A stretch of 63,030 nt of DNA, filler included, from Octopus bimaculoides (Eukaryota), in assembly GCF_001194135.2 (NCBI RefSeq). It is 9 parts of 9 records of this genome, joined end to end, with 100 filler letters (N's around TTAATTAATTAA, not from the genome) between each part and the next. Parts side by side here need not be neighbours in the genome. Positions count along the whole stretch, not along the records: positions 26,549 to 31,332 come from NW_026385565.1; positions 31,433 to 37,560 come from NC_068985.1; positions 37,661 to 41,827 come from NC_068991.1; 6 more parts are not named here. One strand, 5' to 3'. Of this stretch, positions 27,608-40,579 are shown in pieces. The notes beneath the pieces are model-generated. The model was given only the letters and a program-made list of their open reading frames with translations. It was not told the origin of the DNA and did no database searches. Each line of letters opens with the position of its first letter. Within the stretch, counting starts at the first letter, position 1. Position numbers and translations under genes: made by a program.

Positions 27608-28538
27608 TCTGAAAAACCGAGTTTATCCAGATTGTCACGTTTGCATGTATTCGCGAAACGAAGTGTAACAACAGTTATTCGCATGAATGTGAATTTCTAA
27701 TCTTGTTATGTATGTATGTATGTATGTATGTATGTATGTATGCATGTGTGTATGTATGTATGTATGTATGTATGTATGCATGTGTGTATGTATGTGTGTA
27801 TGTATGTATGTATGCATGCATGTAAATATATCTGTCTGTCTGTATGTATGTGTATAAATGGGTGTAAATATGCATGCATACATGTATGTATGTATAAGTA
27901 TGTGTGTATGCATGTATGTATGTATGTATGTATGTATGTATGTAGGAATGAATGTGTTTATATGCACGTATGTATGTATATACGTGTATGTGTGTATGTA
28001 TGTATGCATGTATGTAAATATGTCTGTCTGTATATATATGTGTATGAATGTGTGTATATATGTATGTACATGTATGTGTGTATTCATGTATTGTGTAAGT
28101 AGATAAGAGCGTTCGTTTTTTCCATTGATCTCGATGTGTATTTTTGCAAGTTTTAACACATCTGTCAGAAATATATTTTCTCTTATTGTACACGCCGTTT
28201 CGTGAACGTTTCTCAATGTTGTCAGTTTCTTGACAGTAAAAATCAACAAATCGCGAAGTATTTATCGAATGACGTTTTTAACTCCGAAGTGTTTTGTCGG
28301 ACAAAACACTTGGCAGGCTGTTGGAGAGCTACGGAATAAGAGAATAAAATGAAAGAGTTACATCAGGAAAATATACATTCTCTGTGGTAGAACCACCGCT
28401 CGATTAACCATTGAGCAAGATAAGCACGTGCTTAGGGCATCAAGAGAAGGAGGTGGGGTACCACAGAAATGGTAAATGGTTTACGGCACAAAAGAAATCA
28501 CTTTAAACTTGCTGAAATAATATTCTGGATAATAATTT

Positions 28539-28786
28539 CAGCGTGGAAGGTGTTTATAAGCCATTTAAGAAAAACAAACACCGTTAGATTCATTTCAACA
28601 TTTAAATTTAATTTGTGTCAAAATATTTTCGTCGTTTTGAGACCGCGACCTGTTCACTGATAAAATTCCGAACAGGTCGCGGTCTCAAAGCGACGAAAAT
28701 ATTTTAGCAAATTAAATTTAAATGTTGAAATGAATCTAACGGTTTTTGTGTGTTTCTTAAATGGCTTATAAACACATTCCACGCTG
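28539..28786. repeat. Long near-perfect inverted repeat (foldback hairpin)
   Basis: Arm 28539-28655 (cagcgtggaa...cgcgacctgttc) is the reverse complement of 28670-28786; 14-nt loop. Confidence 0.92.
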
Positions 28787-30241
28787 CAATTGTTTTCGTT
28801 CCAGCACACGATCTCAGATCAGGTCACTTGCTATGCAAGTACATCTCCGTAATTCTGGATAATATTCTAGATATAATATTATAATAAAATAATATTCTGG
28901 ATAATGTTATAGATATAAAATAATATTCTAGATATAAGATAATATTATCTCTACTAACTATAGATGCTGATGTGTTACCTAAGATTAATTTTGAGGATCT
29001 GATCAAAGACTTTGCAATTCAAAAGAGTAGAAGGAAATTTTTCAAATATAAGTAAGAGCAGTCAGGGAGCGCAAACCTCCACCAAGGCAACACCAACATC
29101 CTCTCAACGATTAGCCAGATTTTTCAAATGAGAATATCTGAAATAAACTCAACTCCTCTCACAGACGATGTTTCTCTCAATCTCTCGTCCTGTTCCTTGT
29201 GCCAGATGTAATGGCTTGGTTTTTCAACAACTTTCGACATATTTCTGGAAACATCTTTTGTCTTTTTCATCAAGTCTCACAAATACCGTCATATTGATTT
29301 AGTTAAGCTATATACAAAAAAGATTAAGACCTCGCTTGGTCCTACCTGAGATCCGAAACTAAATCCGCTCTCTTGTTGCTTATCAAGCAAGAAATTCTTT
29401 GTACTTGCATCTCCATACATGATTACTAATGGGAAATACTTGACTTCCAAGGACCTTGCTGGTCACCAAAGGGTCAGTCCTTTCTTTAGGATTTGACCTA
29501 CATTCTAGCAACGTCTATATAACAGAGACCATTTCTCTTCTCACCCAGGAGCAACACGTCTCTTCGTCCTTCAGTCGCCATACGAAGAGAAGCTTTCGGC
29601 CGAAATCAAGGAAGGATGATGCCACCTCTATCCTTTCTTCCTCTCTTGTCAGCACCGTGCATTCCCTACACTTTCTCTCGCTACTAGAAGAACGCAACTC
29701 CGACACTATCGACTACCAACCAGCGGCAGTACCTTTTGCTACTGTCGACTACGATTACTTCTGTTTTACTAACCACTTGCCAGGCAAATAATCGATGTAA
29801 ATAATATTCCTTCCTTTTCGGTCTTATTCTTTGATGTTCTTCACTAGTATCTCCGTCATGAGAACCTCACATACACAAGCGTTACGTATACACCTTACAT
29901 CTACACACTTCATTTGGTAGACGGCTACATCAAACCAAAACAAAACATGGCCGCTAAAGTCAAACTTTTCTCCACTAGCAGGTCCACTTACTCAAACTGT
30001 TTCTCCTGGAATCACAGATATTACGGATTTAATGCACAAAGTAATCACTTTCTTCCGGTATGATTGTGTATTAAATTAACTATTACGCGAGTGAACTGCC
30101 GCCATCTTCTTTTGCTACGGAAAGTTTTTGTTGCTAGGAGACAGAAACAAGTGCAGAATTCAAAGCTTCACGAAACAGGCTTTCTACAATTTGAAAATAT
30201 GTGTGTATGAATATATACGTGTGTGGCTATATGCATGTAAA

Positions 30242-30278
<37 letters not shown>

Positions 30279-30942
30279 GCGCGCGTGTTTATATATGCGT
30301 GTGTATTTGTATATGTGTGTGTTTGTGTGCGCGTGTTTAAAAATCTATATATGAATATNNNNNNNNNNNNNNNNNNNNNNNNNNNNNNNNNNNNNNNNNN
30401 NNNNNNNNNNNNNNNNNNNNNNNNNNNNNNNNNNNNNNNNNNNNNNNNNNNNNNNNNNNNNNNNNNNNNNNNNNNNNNNNNNNNNNNNNNNNNNNNNNNN
30501 NNNNNNNNNNNNNNNNNNNNNNNNNNNNNNNNNNNNNNNNNNNNNNNNNNNNNNNNNNNNNNNNNNNNNNNNNNNNNNNNNNNNNNNNNNNNNNNNNNNN
30601 NNNNNNNNNNNNNNNNNNNNNNNNNNNNNNNNNNNNNNNNNNNNNNNNNNNNNNNNNNNNNNNNNNNNNNNNNNNNNNNNNNNNNNNNNNNNNNNNNNNN
30701 NNNNNNNNNNNNNNNNNNNNNNNNNNNNNNNNNNNNNNNNNNNNNNNNNNNNNNNNNNNNNNNNNNNNNNNNNNNNNNNNNNNNNNNNNNNNNNNNNNNN
30801 NNNNNNNNNNNNNNNNNNNNNNNNNNNNNNNNNNNNNNNNNNNNNNNNNNNNNNNNNNNNNNNNNNNNNNNNNNNNNNNNNNNNNNNNNNNNNNNNNNNN
30901 NNNNNNNNNNNNNNNNNNNNNNNNNNNNNNNNNNNNNNNNNN

Positions 30943-30988
<46 letters not shown>

Positions 30989-31433
30989 GAAAATTGCCTG
31001 CAGAAATATTGAACAAGTCAGACGATATCAGCCATCAAAGCCGAACGATACATCACAAAGAAGAAAACAAAAAACTAAACCAAAATCAAAGAAGGAATAA
31101 GAAATCGGGGAAAACTTCAGAAGACAATTAAAACAAAAAGAAAAAAAAAAGAAAAGAAAGGAGGAAAAGCAGCCAAGCCCCAAGAAGAGAAAATGGAATT
31201 GTTGAGAGCTGACGGGAAGAACAGGAATGTCACAACCTTTGCAGAAGAATCTGCGAAATGGAAGCAGATAGCTTAGAAGCATTCAAGATAAAGACGGTGA
31301 CATATATGAACGTGTGTGTGTGTGTGTGTGTGNNNNNNNNNNNNNNNNNNNNNNNNNNNNNNNNNNNNNNNNNNNNTTAATTAATTAANNNNNNNNNNNN
31401 NNNNNNNNNNNNNNNNNNNNNNNNNNNNNNNNA

Positions 31434-31465
<32 letters not shown>

Positions 31466-31525
31466 CACATACATACATACATACATACATATATATGTGT
31501 GTATGTATGTATTCTTTTTTTCCTC

Positions 31526-31573
<48 letters not shown>

Positions 31574-31639
31574 AACCAACGACACATACATAATGCATTC
31601 AAGGGTCTCCAGCATTTCTTCTGAAAAAACTCCACTCGT

Positions 31640-34600
31640 TCAAGTCAGTACCTCTCGGTAGACAATGTTCTTAGTAACAGTTCGCCCTATTCTCCTTCCT
31701 TGTGTATCTGTCTCCATCGCCTTTACCCTTACATCTGAATGTTTGCGAGCTCTAGAGTATGTCACGTACAACTGCCCGTGACTGAACACTAGCTGAGGTA
31801 AGAACAATCCCACCTTCTCAAATGTCTGCCCCTGTGACTTGTTAATACTCATGGCATATGACAAACGGACATGAAGCTGGGTTCTCTCCAAAATGAATGG
31901 CAAGTTAGGGTCGCTTGGAGCCAGCTTTATTCTAGGGATGAGGATACGTCTGCCAATTAGTGAGCCGCTAATCATGGAAGCCTCGATTGAATGTTGATGC
32001 ATGGTCAACACTTCCAGTCTTGTGCCATTTCAGAGTCCATTCTGGATAGAAATATTACGAAGAAGCATTACTATTGAACCAGGTTTTAAACTCAATTTAT
32101 GAGGAGGCATTCCTGATGGTAACAAAGAGTTTCGAAATTCAAGTGTATAGCACTAAGCCTCAGCGGGATAATCTGTCAAAACTTTATCTGTACTATAATA
32201 GATGCGGCAGTCACCTGGAAGTTGTCTCAAAACATCTTCATTGATCAGGAGGCAATCTGAGTTCTTTGGCAAAAGAATTTCTCTGCTTCTTCTCTCTTCC
32301 TCTCATGTATTGTTGAAGCTATCATCCATCAGAGAGCCGTCAACGCATGAAATTTGAGGCACATCTATGTCCTCAACAGCAAGATCAGGCTCTTGTGGAG
32401 CTGCATATGTTCCATTGCCAAGATGCAAGATCAAATTCCCTTTGATCTGCTGTTGTCCTGATGTTTTGGCTTAATCTGTATTGGATGAAATTTCGGTCAT
32501 AGAGGAGAATTTTTAATACAGATTTCAATAATTGCCTCACGAGTTCCTCTTGGCAATATGGGTAGGACTTGCCTAAAGTCTCTCCCTAAGAGCACAACTT
32601 TACCACCAAAAAATAGCAGCAATGCTAATGATGTCTCACAAGGCTTTATCAATAACATGAAAAGCAAATGAAATGAACATAGAAGCCTCATCCAAGATTA
32701 TCAAATCCAGGTTTCGTAAATGATTTGAATGATCTGAAGTGGCTGGTACATTAAAAACGCTGGCCTCCGTGAGTGGGACAGGCAACTTGAACAAACTATG
32801 AATAGTCTTTCCACCTGACAGCAGTGTAGAAGCAATGCCTGTCCAAGCACCACTGCACACGTTGCTGTTATTCCTTCGCAGATAAGAAATCCTGGTACAT
32901 CTACATAGAAACAGGAGTGGTTGGACACCTTACCTCACCTCTTATCTACTGACTCAAGCACAGCATTAGCAATCAGTTTCTGTTCATCAGTAAATGTTGC
33001 AATGCCAGGGTGATCGAGGTCTTCATGATGGTCAAGCTGCAGTACTCCAAGAGGTTCAGGCAGCCCAATTGTTAAACAATTAATGCCATTCTCTATGAGA
33101 ATTGCATCAATTGAGTGCAGTGCCATGTTTTCGTCATGGATTCGTTGTGAGTGGTTCACAAGTGAAGAGCATTTGCAGGGTTCATATACGTGCACAGGGC
33201 AGCAAAACATAACACGCAGCTGTAAGGGCATCCGACAGGCATCAGTTTCTAGCAATGTATATTCCAGTGTGTCATCGTTTGAAAGAAGACCATGTCTCAG
33301 GAATGCTGCCTTATATGTTGGCAAGATTTCTCCTACAGTGCGCAAATCTTGGAAGGTCACGGCGTCTGAAACATGCAGCAGCAACATTCGCAAGTGAAAT
33401 TTTTCTGTGTCTCTAGGGCTCACTGTATACATTCAACTGATGATATTAGTATTGCTTTGCCTTGATGTCCATGTTCTACTGTGCTCATTAAACACATAAT
33501 GCGGCAGAATGTCAGGGTACAAGTGGTTCCTTGCATCATCATCATGCTCATTCAGTTTGAACTATGCAGTGAGGGTAGTGTCACCCTCCCCCTGTGCCTG
33601 AGCAGCTTGCTGAGTGTTGCCTCTGTGAAAGTAAACAGATTGGATGTACTGCAAGTCTGTAGACAGTGTGGGTTGTGTCATGTATCTTGAACTCAGTCTC
33701 CAGATAGCTTCCGGAGGAGAAACATATCAGCAAGCAAGAGAGTTAGTAATTTCATCGTGAGCTTGATTCTGCTCACGATCTGCCGCTGGGTTGTCTCTTA
33801 CTTCAACAGAAGCACAGTCATGTCCCTTGTACACGTACTTGAAGATATACTTAATGCTTTTCACGGATGAACAAATTTCTACATTAATGTGAGCTCTGTA
33901 CTTTTTCAGCAGGTAGGCATTGTACGGCACAGCATTTCTATTGTTAACTGAGTGACATCCAACTTGAACTGTGACTCCAGTATTGCGTCTTCTGTACTCC
34001 GGATAGCCATTCAAACTTAGAAGCGTTTCATCTCTGTAGTTCTTTGGGAATTTCTTTTGACATGGACCATTTTCCATGCAAGGTGAAGAAGGATTATTTG
34101 TTCCGCAAGGACCATGTATCATGCATTTGTTTTTTTTACTAAGTCATGCAAGACTGGATCATCATTGGCATCAGGAATTTCAGCTGTCACGATCCTATCT
34201 ATGTCAACACTATTTCTGAGTTTGTCCTCATTTCTCAACACTACCAACATGTAGCAGTGGGGAAGACCTCTCTTCTGAAACTCAATAACATGGATATGAA
34301 CCACTGGCACCCCAAAAATGTGTCTATCCCTTATGTCCCTCATAAGTTCTGCAAGGTGTGACTTGTACACTCGGGCAACTAAATCTGGCCTATTTTCAGG
34401 TATTTCATTTTGCTGTAGATTATCAACTATCTCAGGGAACTTCGGGCTGCAAGTGTAAGTGATGAAGAAGTCTGGCTTAGCATATTTTGAAACATCTGAC
34501 ATGGCATCCTGAAAATATTGGTGTATATTCCTTGGACTGCCTCTGTATGGGAAAGGCAGTATTACTGGCACTCCTGTTTCAATATTCTCATCTGCTCATG

Positions 34601-36200
34601 TGTTCAAATAATCCATCGATCCGTTGTACCTACTCGCAACTTGGTCCGATTGTTCCTAAGATATTGCAGCCTGCAATCTTCCACCTTGACATTTGCATCC
34701 ACAACATACTGTCGAAATAATTTTCCAGGTCTGTGAATAACGCTAAACCCACATCTGAATGCAAGACGATAGCTGTTGTATTCTTGCATTGTCAGACGAT
34801 TACGCACACGTGTCCGGGGTTCCTCGACATGTTGCATCATCTCACAATGCCATCTAAATTCCCCATGGGGAAACAAAATTGGGTAGCTCATAGGGTCCAA
34901 GTGGCATGACATGTAAGATATCTTTTTCAGGAGGAGCATCTCTAGGATACACAATAATGTCTCTATTTTTAGGAGGGGCACCATTTCCTCCAACAAACAT
35001 TGCTGCTATTTCATTGCTGGTGGGGAAATTGTAGCGCCTGATATCGGACCCTCTCCTGATGCGTAACTCACATCTCCGTATTGACACATTGTCTCTTCCG
35101 GTTCTCTCTTCTTCTTGTTCAACTGCATATGTGTTCTTGTACAATTCTGCATAAGGATTAATTTGGTGGATGACATCACTTATTTTTCTCATATTAACAG
35201 GGGAACACTCGGAATTTTGAGGCTCATCCATCCTGTGGTGCAGAGCTTCATCTGCTTCATGATGTATAACTGGCCGTATTGCAGTTGATCATTAGCAAAA
35301 TGCAGGTTTGTCGTCGTGTGGTATGTTTGGCACTGAATGCAGAAGCAATACGGACCCCTTCCTGGAGGTGCTGCCAGTTTGACTCCAAATGAAGCAGAGG
35401 AGAAGGTACAATTGTAATTTCTGATATTTCTACGGAATGAAACGGACTCTTGATCGTTTCCCTCGAATAAATCCTTTAGTGTCTCTGGATATGGTGCAAT
35501 GCAGGCACGTTCACTTTTCCATTGTAGCAACAACTGTTATTATCATTTCTAAACCTAAGCGCACCACAATATTAACATTTAATGTTCATTTCTCCTATGT
35601 TAAATTGTTCAAATTCATTTACAATAACTCTGTTCAGCACTGGCCTATGTCTTCTCACACGCTGTCGCTGCATATGATGCCTCCTTAAGTTGTCAATTTC
35701 ACCAGCATTCATATTTTGAACTCTTTCTCGATATCTTCCCCTTTGGTTTTGCTGATAAATAACTCTGTCATGTTGATTTATCTTCTCTAAGTTTCTCTAC
35801 TGCTCGTAGTACTGTGCACGCTGTTCCTCATTCATATTTTCTCTCCTTTACTGAGACAAGTGTCTCTGCTGCTCGTGGTACTGTGCACGCTGTTCCTCAT
35901 TCATATTGTCTCTCCTTTGCTGAGACAAGTGCCTCTACTGCTCGTGGTACTGTGCACGCTGTTCCTCATTCATATTGTCTCTCCTTTGCTGAGACAAGTG
36001 CCTCTACTGCTNNNNNNNNNNGCTGCTCGTGGTACTGTGCACGCTGTTCCTCATTCATATTGTCTCTCCTTTGCTGAGACAAGTGCCTCTACTGCTCGTG
36101 GTACTGTGCACGCTGTTCGTCATTCATATTGTCTCTCCTTTGCTGTGATAAGTTTCTCTGCTGCTCGTAGTACTGTACACGCTGTTCCTCATTTATATTT
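31640..36200 (-). pseudogene. Helitron RepHel transposase, near full length, inactivated
   Basis: Motifs occur in the expected order: N-terminal 23-aa repeats; GEMNIKC*YCGALRF...CCYNGKV Zn motif; Rep motifs KPDFFITYTCSPKFPEI, EFQKRGLPHCYML, MIHGPCG and KYIFKYVYKGHD; PIF1 helicase motifs TGIASTLL.GGKT.HS.FKLP, IILDEASM, FGGKVVLLG.DFRQVLP and AMSINKSQGQT...FSHGQLYV. Many stops and frameshifts. Walker A is apparently deleted and the second HUH His is changed to Tyr. Confidence 0.95.
35795..36195 (-). repeat. 69-bp tandem repeat (23-aa STPR-like units) at the Helitron N-terminus
   Basis: Units start at 35809, 35878, 35947, 36032, 36101 and 36170, with a 10-N gap inside the array. The minus frame reads HEQ(Q/*)RHLSQQRRDNMNEEQRAQY and is in frame with the downstream Helitron Zn motif. 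Confidence 0.85.
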
Positions 36201-36407
36201 TTTCTTCTTATTGGTTGTCTCCTCATGTGTCGATGTATTTATCTATCTACTTGTGTTCCGTTTCACAGAAGACAAGTTGATAGCTAACTACATCGACACA
36301 TTGTTAAACCAAAGAGAAATAACCAGAGTTAATTTTCGATGCTACTTTTACTTTTCGATACAGAAGAGGGATAGAGAGGTAGTGAGAAGGAAAGAGTCAG
36401 AGTGAGG

Positions 36408-36482
<75 letters not shown>

Positions 36483-36581
36483 TGTGGTGATAGAAAGTCT
36501 GAGCATGAACGAGTGACATTCTGTGTGTTTATAGATAGACACACATATCTATACATATCTATACATACTTGTATAGATGTG

Positions 36582-36614
<33 letters not shown>

Positions 36615-36615
36615 G

Positions 36616-36664
<49 letters not shown>

Positions 36665-37009
36665 AAACACACAGAATGTCACACTCTCCCTCTGACTCTT
36701 ACTACCTCTCTGTCCCTCCTATGTACTGAAAAGTAAAAGTTACATCGAAAATTCACTGTGGTTATTTCTCTGGTTTAACAATGTGTCGTTGCATTTATCT
36801 ATCTACTTGTCTTCCATTTCACACACACAAACACACACACACACTTTCTATCACCACGCTCTCTCTCTCCCTTTCACTATGACTCTTTCTCTCTCACTAC
36901 CTCTTTGTCTTTCTTATATATCATTATATATCATATGAAGAGCGTGAACGGACGGACGAACTAACTAAAGAAAAAACAAGCAGAATTACAGTACGATCCT
37001 TTCTAGTTG

Positions 37010-37427
37010 TAGGTACAAGGCCTGAAATTTTGGAAGAGGGACTAGTCGATTTAATCGACCCTAGTGTTTCACTAATGCTTAATTAATCGACCCTGAAAGG
37101 ATGAAAGGCAAAGTCGACCTCGGCGGAATTAGAACTCAGAAGGTTGCGGTAGACGAAATAGTGCTAAGCATTTCCTCTGGCGTGCTAACGATTCTGCCAG
37201 CTCACCACCTTAATAATAATAACAATCCTTCGTACAATAGGCATAAAGCCTGAAATTTGTGGGGAGAGCTAAATCGGTCACATCGACCCCAGTATTTAAT
37301 TTATCGACTCCAAATGAATGAGAGGCAAAGTCGAGCTCGGTGGAATTTTTACTCAGAACGTTGCGACGGGCGAAATGTCGTTAAGCGTTTCGTCCACCGT
37401 GCTAACGATTCCGCCAGCTCGCCACCT

Positions 37428-37428
<1 letters not shown>
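37010..37428 (-). mobile_element. Two adjacent SINE family A copies
   Basis: Each ends in ...ctaacgattc(t/c)gccagctc.cc.cct, followed by (TAA)n or (TAC)n. Confidence 0.8.
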
Positions 37429-37480
<52 letters not shown>

Positions 37481-37679
37481 ATAATAATAATAATGATAAT
37501 AATAATGATAATATTAATAATAATAATAATAATAAACATAAGACACTCAATGAACAAATGNNNNNNNNNNNNNNNNNNNNNNNNNNNNNNNNNNNNNNNN
37601 NNNNTTAATTAATTAANNNNNNNNNNNNNNNNNNNNNNNNNNNNNNNNNNNNNNNNNNNNCTATCTATCTATCTATCTA

Positions 37680-37719
<40 letters not shown>

Positions 37720-37723
37720 TCTA

Positions 37724-37754
<31 letters not shown>

Positions 37755-37929
37755 TACAACCGCTTAATTCTTCTCATGTGCTTCTCTCCCTTTTTCTTTG
37801 TCTTTTTTTTTCTCTTTTGCTCTCTATCTCTCTCATTCTTTCAGGGTGTTTTTCCTTATCCCTCTTGTTTTTTTTTTATCTTCCCTATCACATTTACAAC
37901 TCTGACACTGTTACTCCCTTTCTACTGAC

Positions 37930-37981
<52 letters not shown>

Positions 37982-39904
37982 TCTTCTCTCTTCCTCTATC
38001 TCTCATTTCTCTTTTCTTCCAATTTCTATCTCTCCTTCCTTCATCACTCTACTCTAATACTATTAATCTCCCTTACTTACATTTTCTTTTATTTCTTTAT
38101 CTAATTTATTTATCAATGTCTTTCTGTCCTCTATCTTCTCCCCCTATCAAATCTTTCTATTCTTTTTTGTCTTGTTTTCTTCCAGTTTTTTACTTTATCT
38201 TTTATTGCTTTCTCTCTCTCTCTCTGCTACAATAACAGAAAGAGGTAGAAGAAAAGGTTTCAGCATTGTTGAGGCAACAGAGAAGCATGCTAACACTTCT
38301 GCCAGCTCCCCGCCTTCGGCTGCTTTTAGTTTCTCCCTACCTAACCCACTTACAAGTCTTTGATCAGCCTGAGGCTGTGATAGAAGGCACTTGTTTAAGG
38401 TCCCACACAGTGGGACTGAACCCAGGACCATGTGGTTGGAAAACAAGCTTCTTACCATGCCTGCCTGCGCGTATGTATGAATATATCTGTAGNNNNNNNN
38501 NNNNNNNNNNNNNNNNNNNNNNNNNNNNNNNNNNNNNNNNNNNNNNNNNNNNNNNNNNNNNNNNNNNNNNNNNNNNNNNNNNNNNNNNNNNNNNNNNNNN
38601 NNNNNNNNNNNNNNNNNNNNNNNNNNNNNNNNNNNNNNNNNNNNNNNNNNNNNNNNNNNNNNNNNNNNNNNNNNNNNNNNNNNNNNNNNNNNNNNNNNNN
38701 NNNNNNNNNNNNNNNNNNNNNNNNNNNNNNNNNNNNNNNNNNNNNNNNNNNNNNNNNNNNNNNNNNNNNNNNNNNNNNNNNNNNNNNNNNNNNNNNNNNN
38801 NNNNNNNNNNNNNNNNNNNNNNNNNNNNNNNNNNNNNNNNNNNNNNNNNNNNNNNNNNNNNNNNNNNNNNNNNNNNNNNNNNNNNNNNNNNNNNNNNNNN
38901 NNNNNNNNNNNNNNNNNNNNNNNNNNNNNNNNNNNNNNNNNNNNNNNNNNNNNNNNNNNNNNNNNNNNNNNNNNNNNNNNNNNNNNNNNNNNNNNNNNNN
39001 NNNNNNNNNNNNNNNNNNNNNNNNNNNNNNNNNNNNNNNNNNNNNNNNNNNNNNNNNNNNNNNNNNNNNNNNNNNNNNNNNNNNNNNNNNNNNNNNNNNN
39101 NNNNNNNNNNNNNNNNNNNNNNNNNNNNNNNNNNNNNNNNNNNNNNNNNNNNNNNNNNNNNNNNNNNTGTGTATATGTTTGTGTGTCTGTTTGTCCCCCC
39201 AACATCGCTTGACAACCGATGCTGGTGTGTTTATGTCCCTGTCACATAGCAGTTCGGCAAAAGAGACCGATAGAATAAGTACTAGGCTTCCAAAGAATAA
39301 GTCCTGGGGTCGATTTGCTCGACTAATGGTGGTGCTCCAGCATGGCCACAGTCAAATGACTGAAACAAGTAAAAGAATAAAAGAGTATATGTATATATAT
39401 ATGATGGACTATCACACAGTTTCTGTCTACCAAATAACTCACAAGGCATTGGTTGGTCTGAGTTTATAGCAGAAGACACTTGTTTGAAGTGCCGTGTAGA
39501 AAGCCTGAACTAGGGACCACATAGTTTCGAAGTGAGCTTCCTAACCACACAGCAATACCTGCACCTATATCTTCAATTTTTTGCAAGTATTCTACTGTTG
39601 TCCATTACAGTTTGCTTCCACACAGTTTCTATCTAACAAATTCATTTACAAAGCATTGATATACCTGTGGTTATATAGAAGACACTTGTCCAAGGTGCTG
39701 TGCTGTGGAACTAAACTCAAAACCATATGGTTGCAAAGTGAGCTTTTTAACTACACAACCATGCCTACACCTACTGTTCTGGCTGTTTCTTGATATTCTT
39801 TCTCATATCTTTCATTATCTTTTTCATATCTTCTGCTCCTCAAATTAGACACTCAGTGAGAGACTTGCATGCATGGGCAATTACTCTTTACTCTTTACTA
39901 TTTT

Positions 39905-40107
39905 ACTTGTTTCAGTCATTTGACTGCGGCCATTCTGGAGCACCGCCTTTTAGTCGAGTAAATTGACCCCAGGACTTATTCTTTGGAAGCCTAGTACTTA
40001 TTCTATCAGTCTCTTTTGCCAAACCGCTAAGTTACGGGGACGTAAACACACCACCATCGGTTGTCAAGCGATGTTGGAGGGACAAACACAGACACACAAA
40101 CATATAA

Positions 40108-40141
<34 letters not shown>

Positions 40142-40280
40142 GACGGGCTTCTTTCAGTTTCCGTCTACTAAATCCACTCACAAGGCTTTGGTCGGCCCGA
40201 GGCTATATTAGAAGACACTTACCCAAGGTACCACGCAGTGGGAATGAACCCGGAACAATGTGGTTGGTAAGCAAGCTACT
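39905..40280 (-). mobile_element. SINE family B copy, full length
   Basis: Reverse complement of 5805-6206. Further partial minus copies lie at ~15660, 18310, 18985, 38360, 39400, 39620, 43170, 45385, 57160, 58008, 60790 and 62780. Confidence 0.88.
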
Positions 40281-40579
40281 TACCACACAGCCACTCCTGC
40301 CAATCTTCCTCAAAAAGTCTTACCCAGATCTACACACACATATACATGGTCAGCATTGACTGAAAGAGAGCTTACTTGAATTGCTTCCTCATAATTTTAA
40401 TAGCCACATTCCCAACTTGCCTTTATTTTCCACTTACATTTCTATTTAAAATTGTTTCTTCAATTTCTTTTTTAACTTATAATTACTTTTTAATTAATCA
40501 TGTTTCCTTCAATAATGCCATGGGAAAAAAATACCTAGACTAACAACATCCTGTCAAATAAAAGCATGTTCTAAATATG

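Noticed and set aside
35860-36405. 181-aa + strand ORF with a 23-aa repeat
   Set aside because: It is the antisense reading of the Helitron N-terminal repeat and crosses an N-gap.
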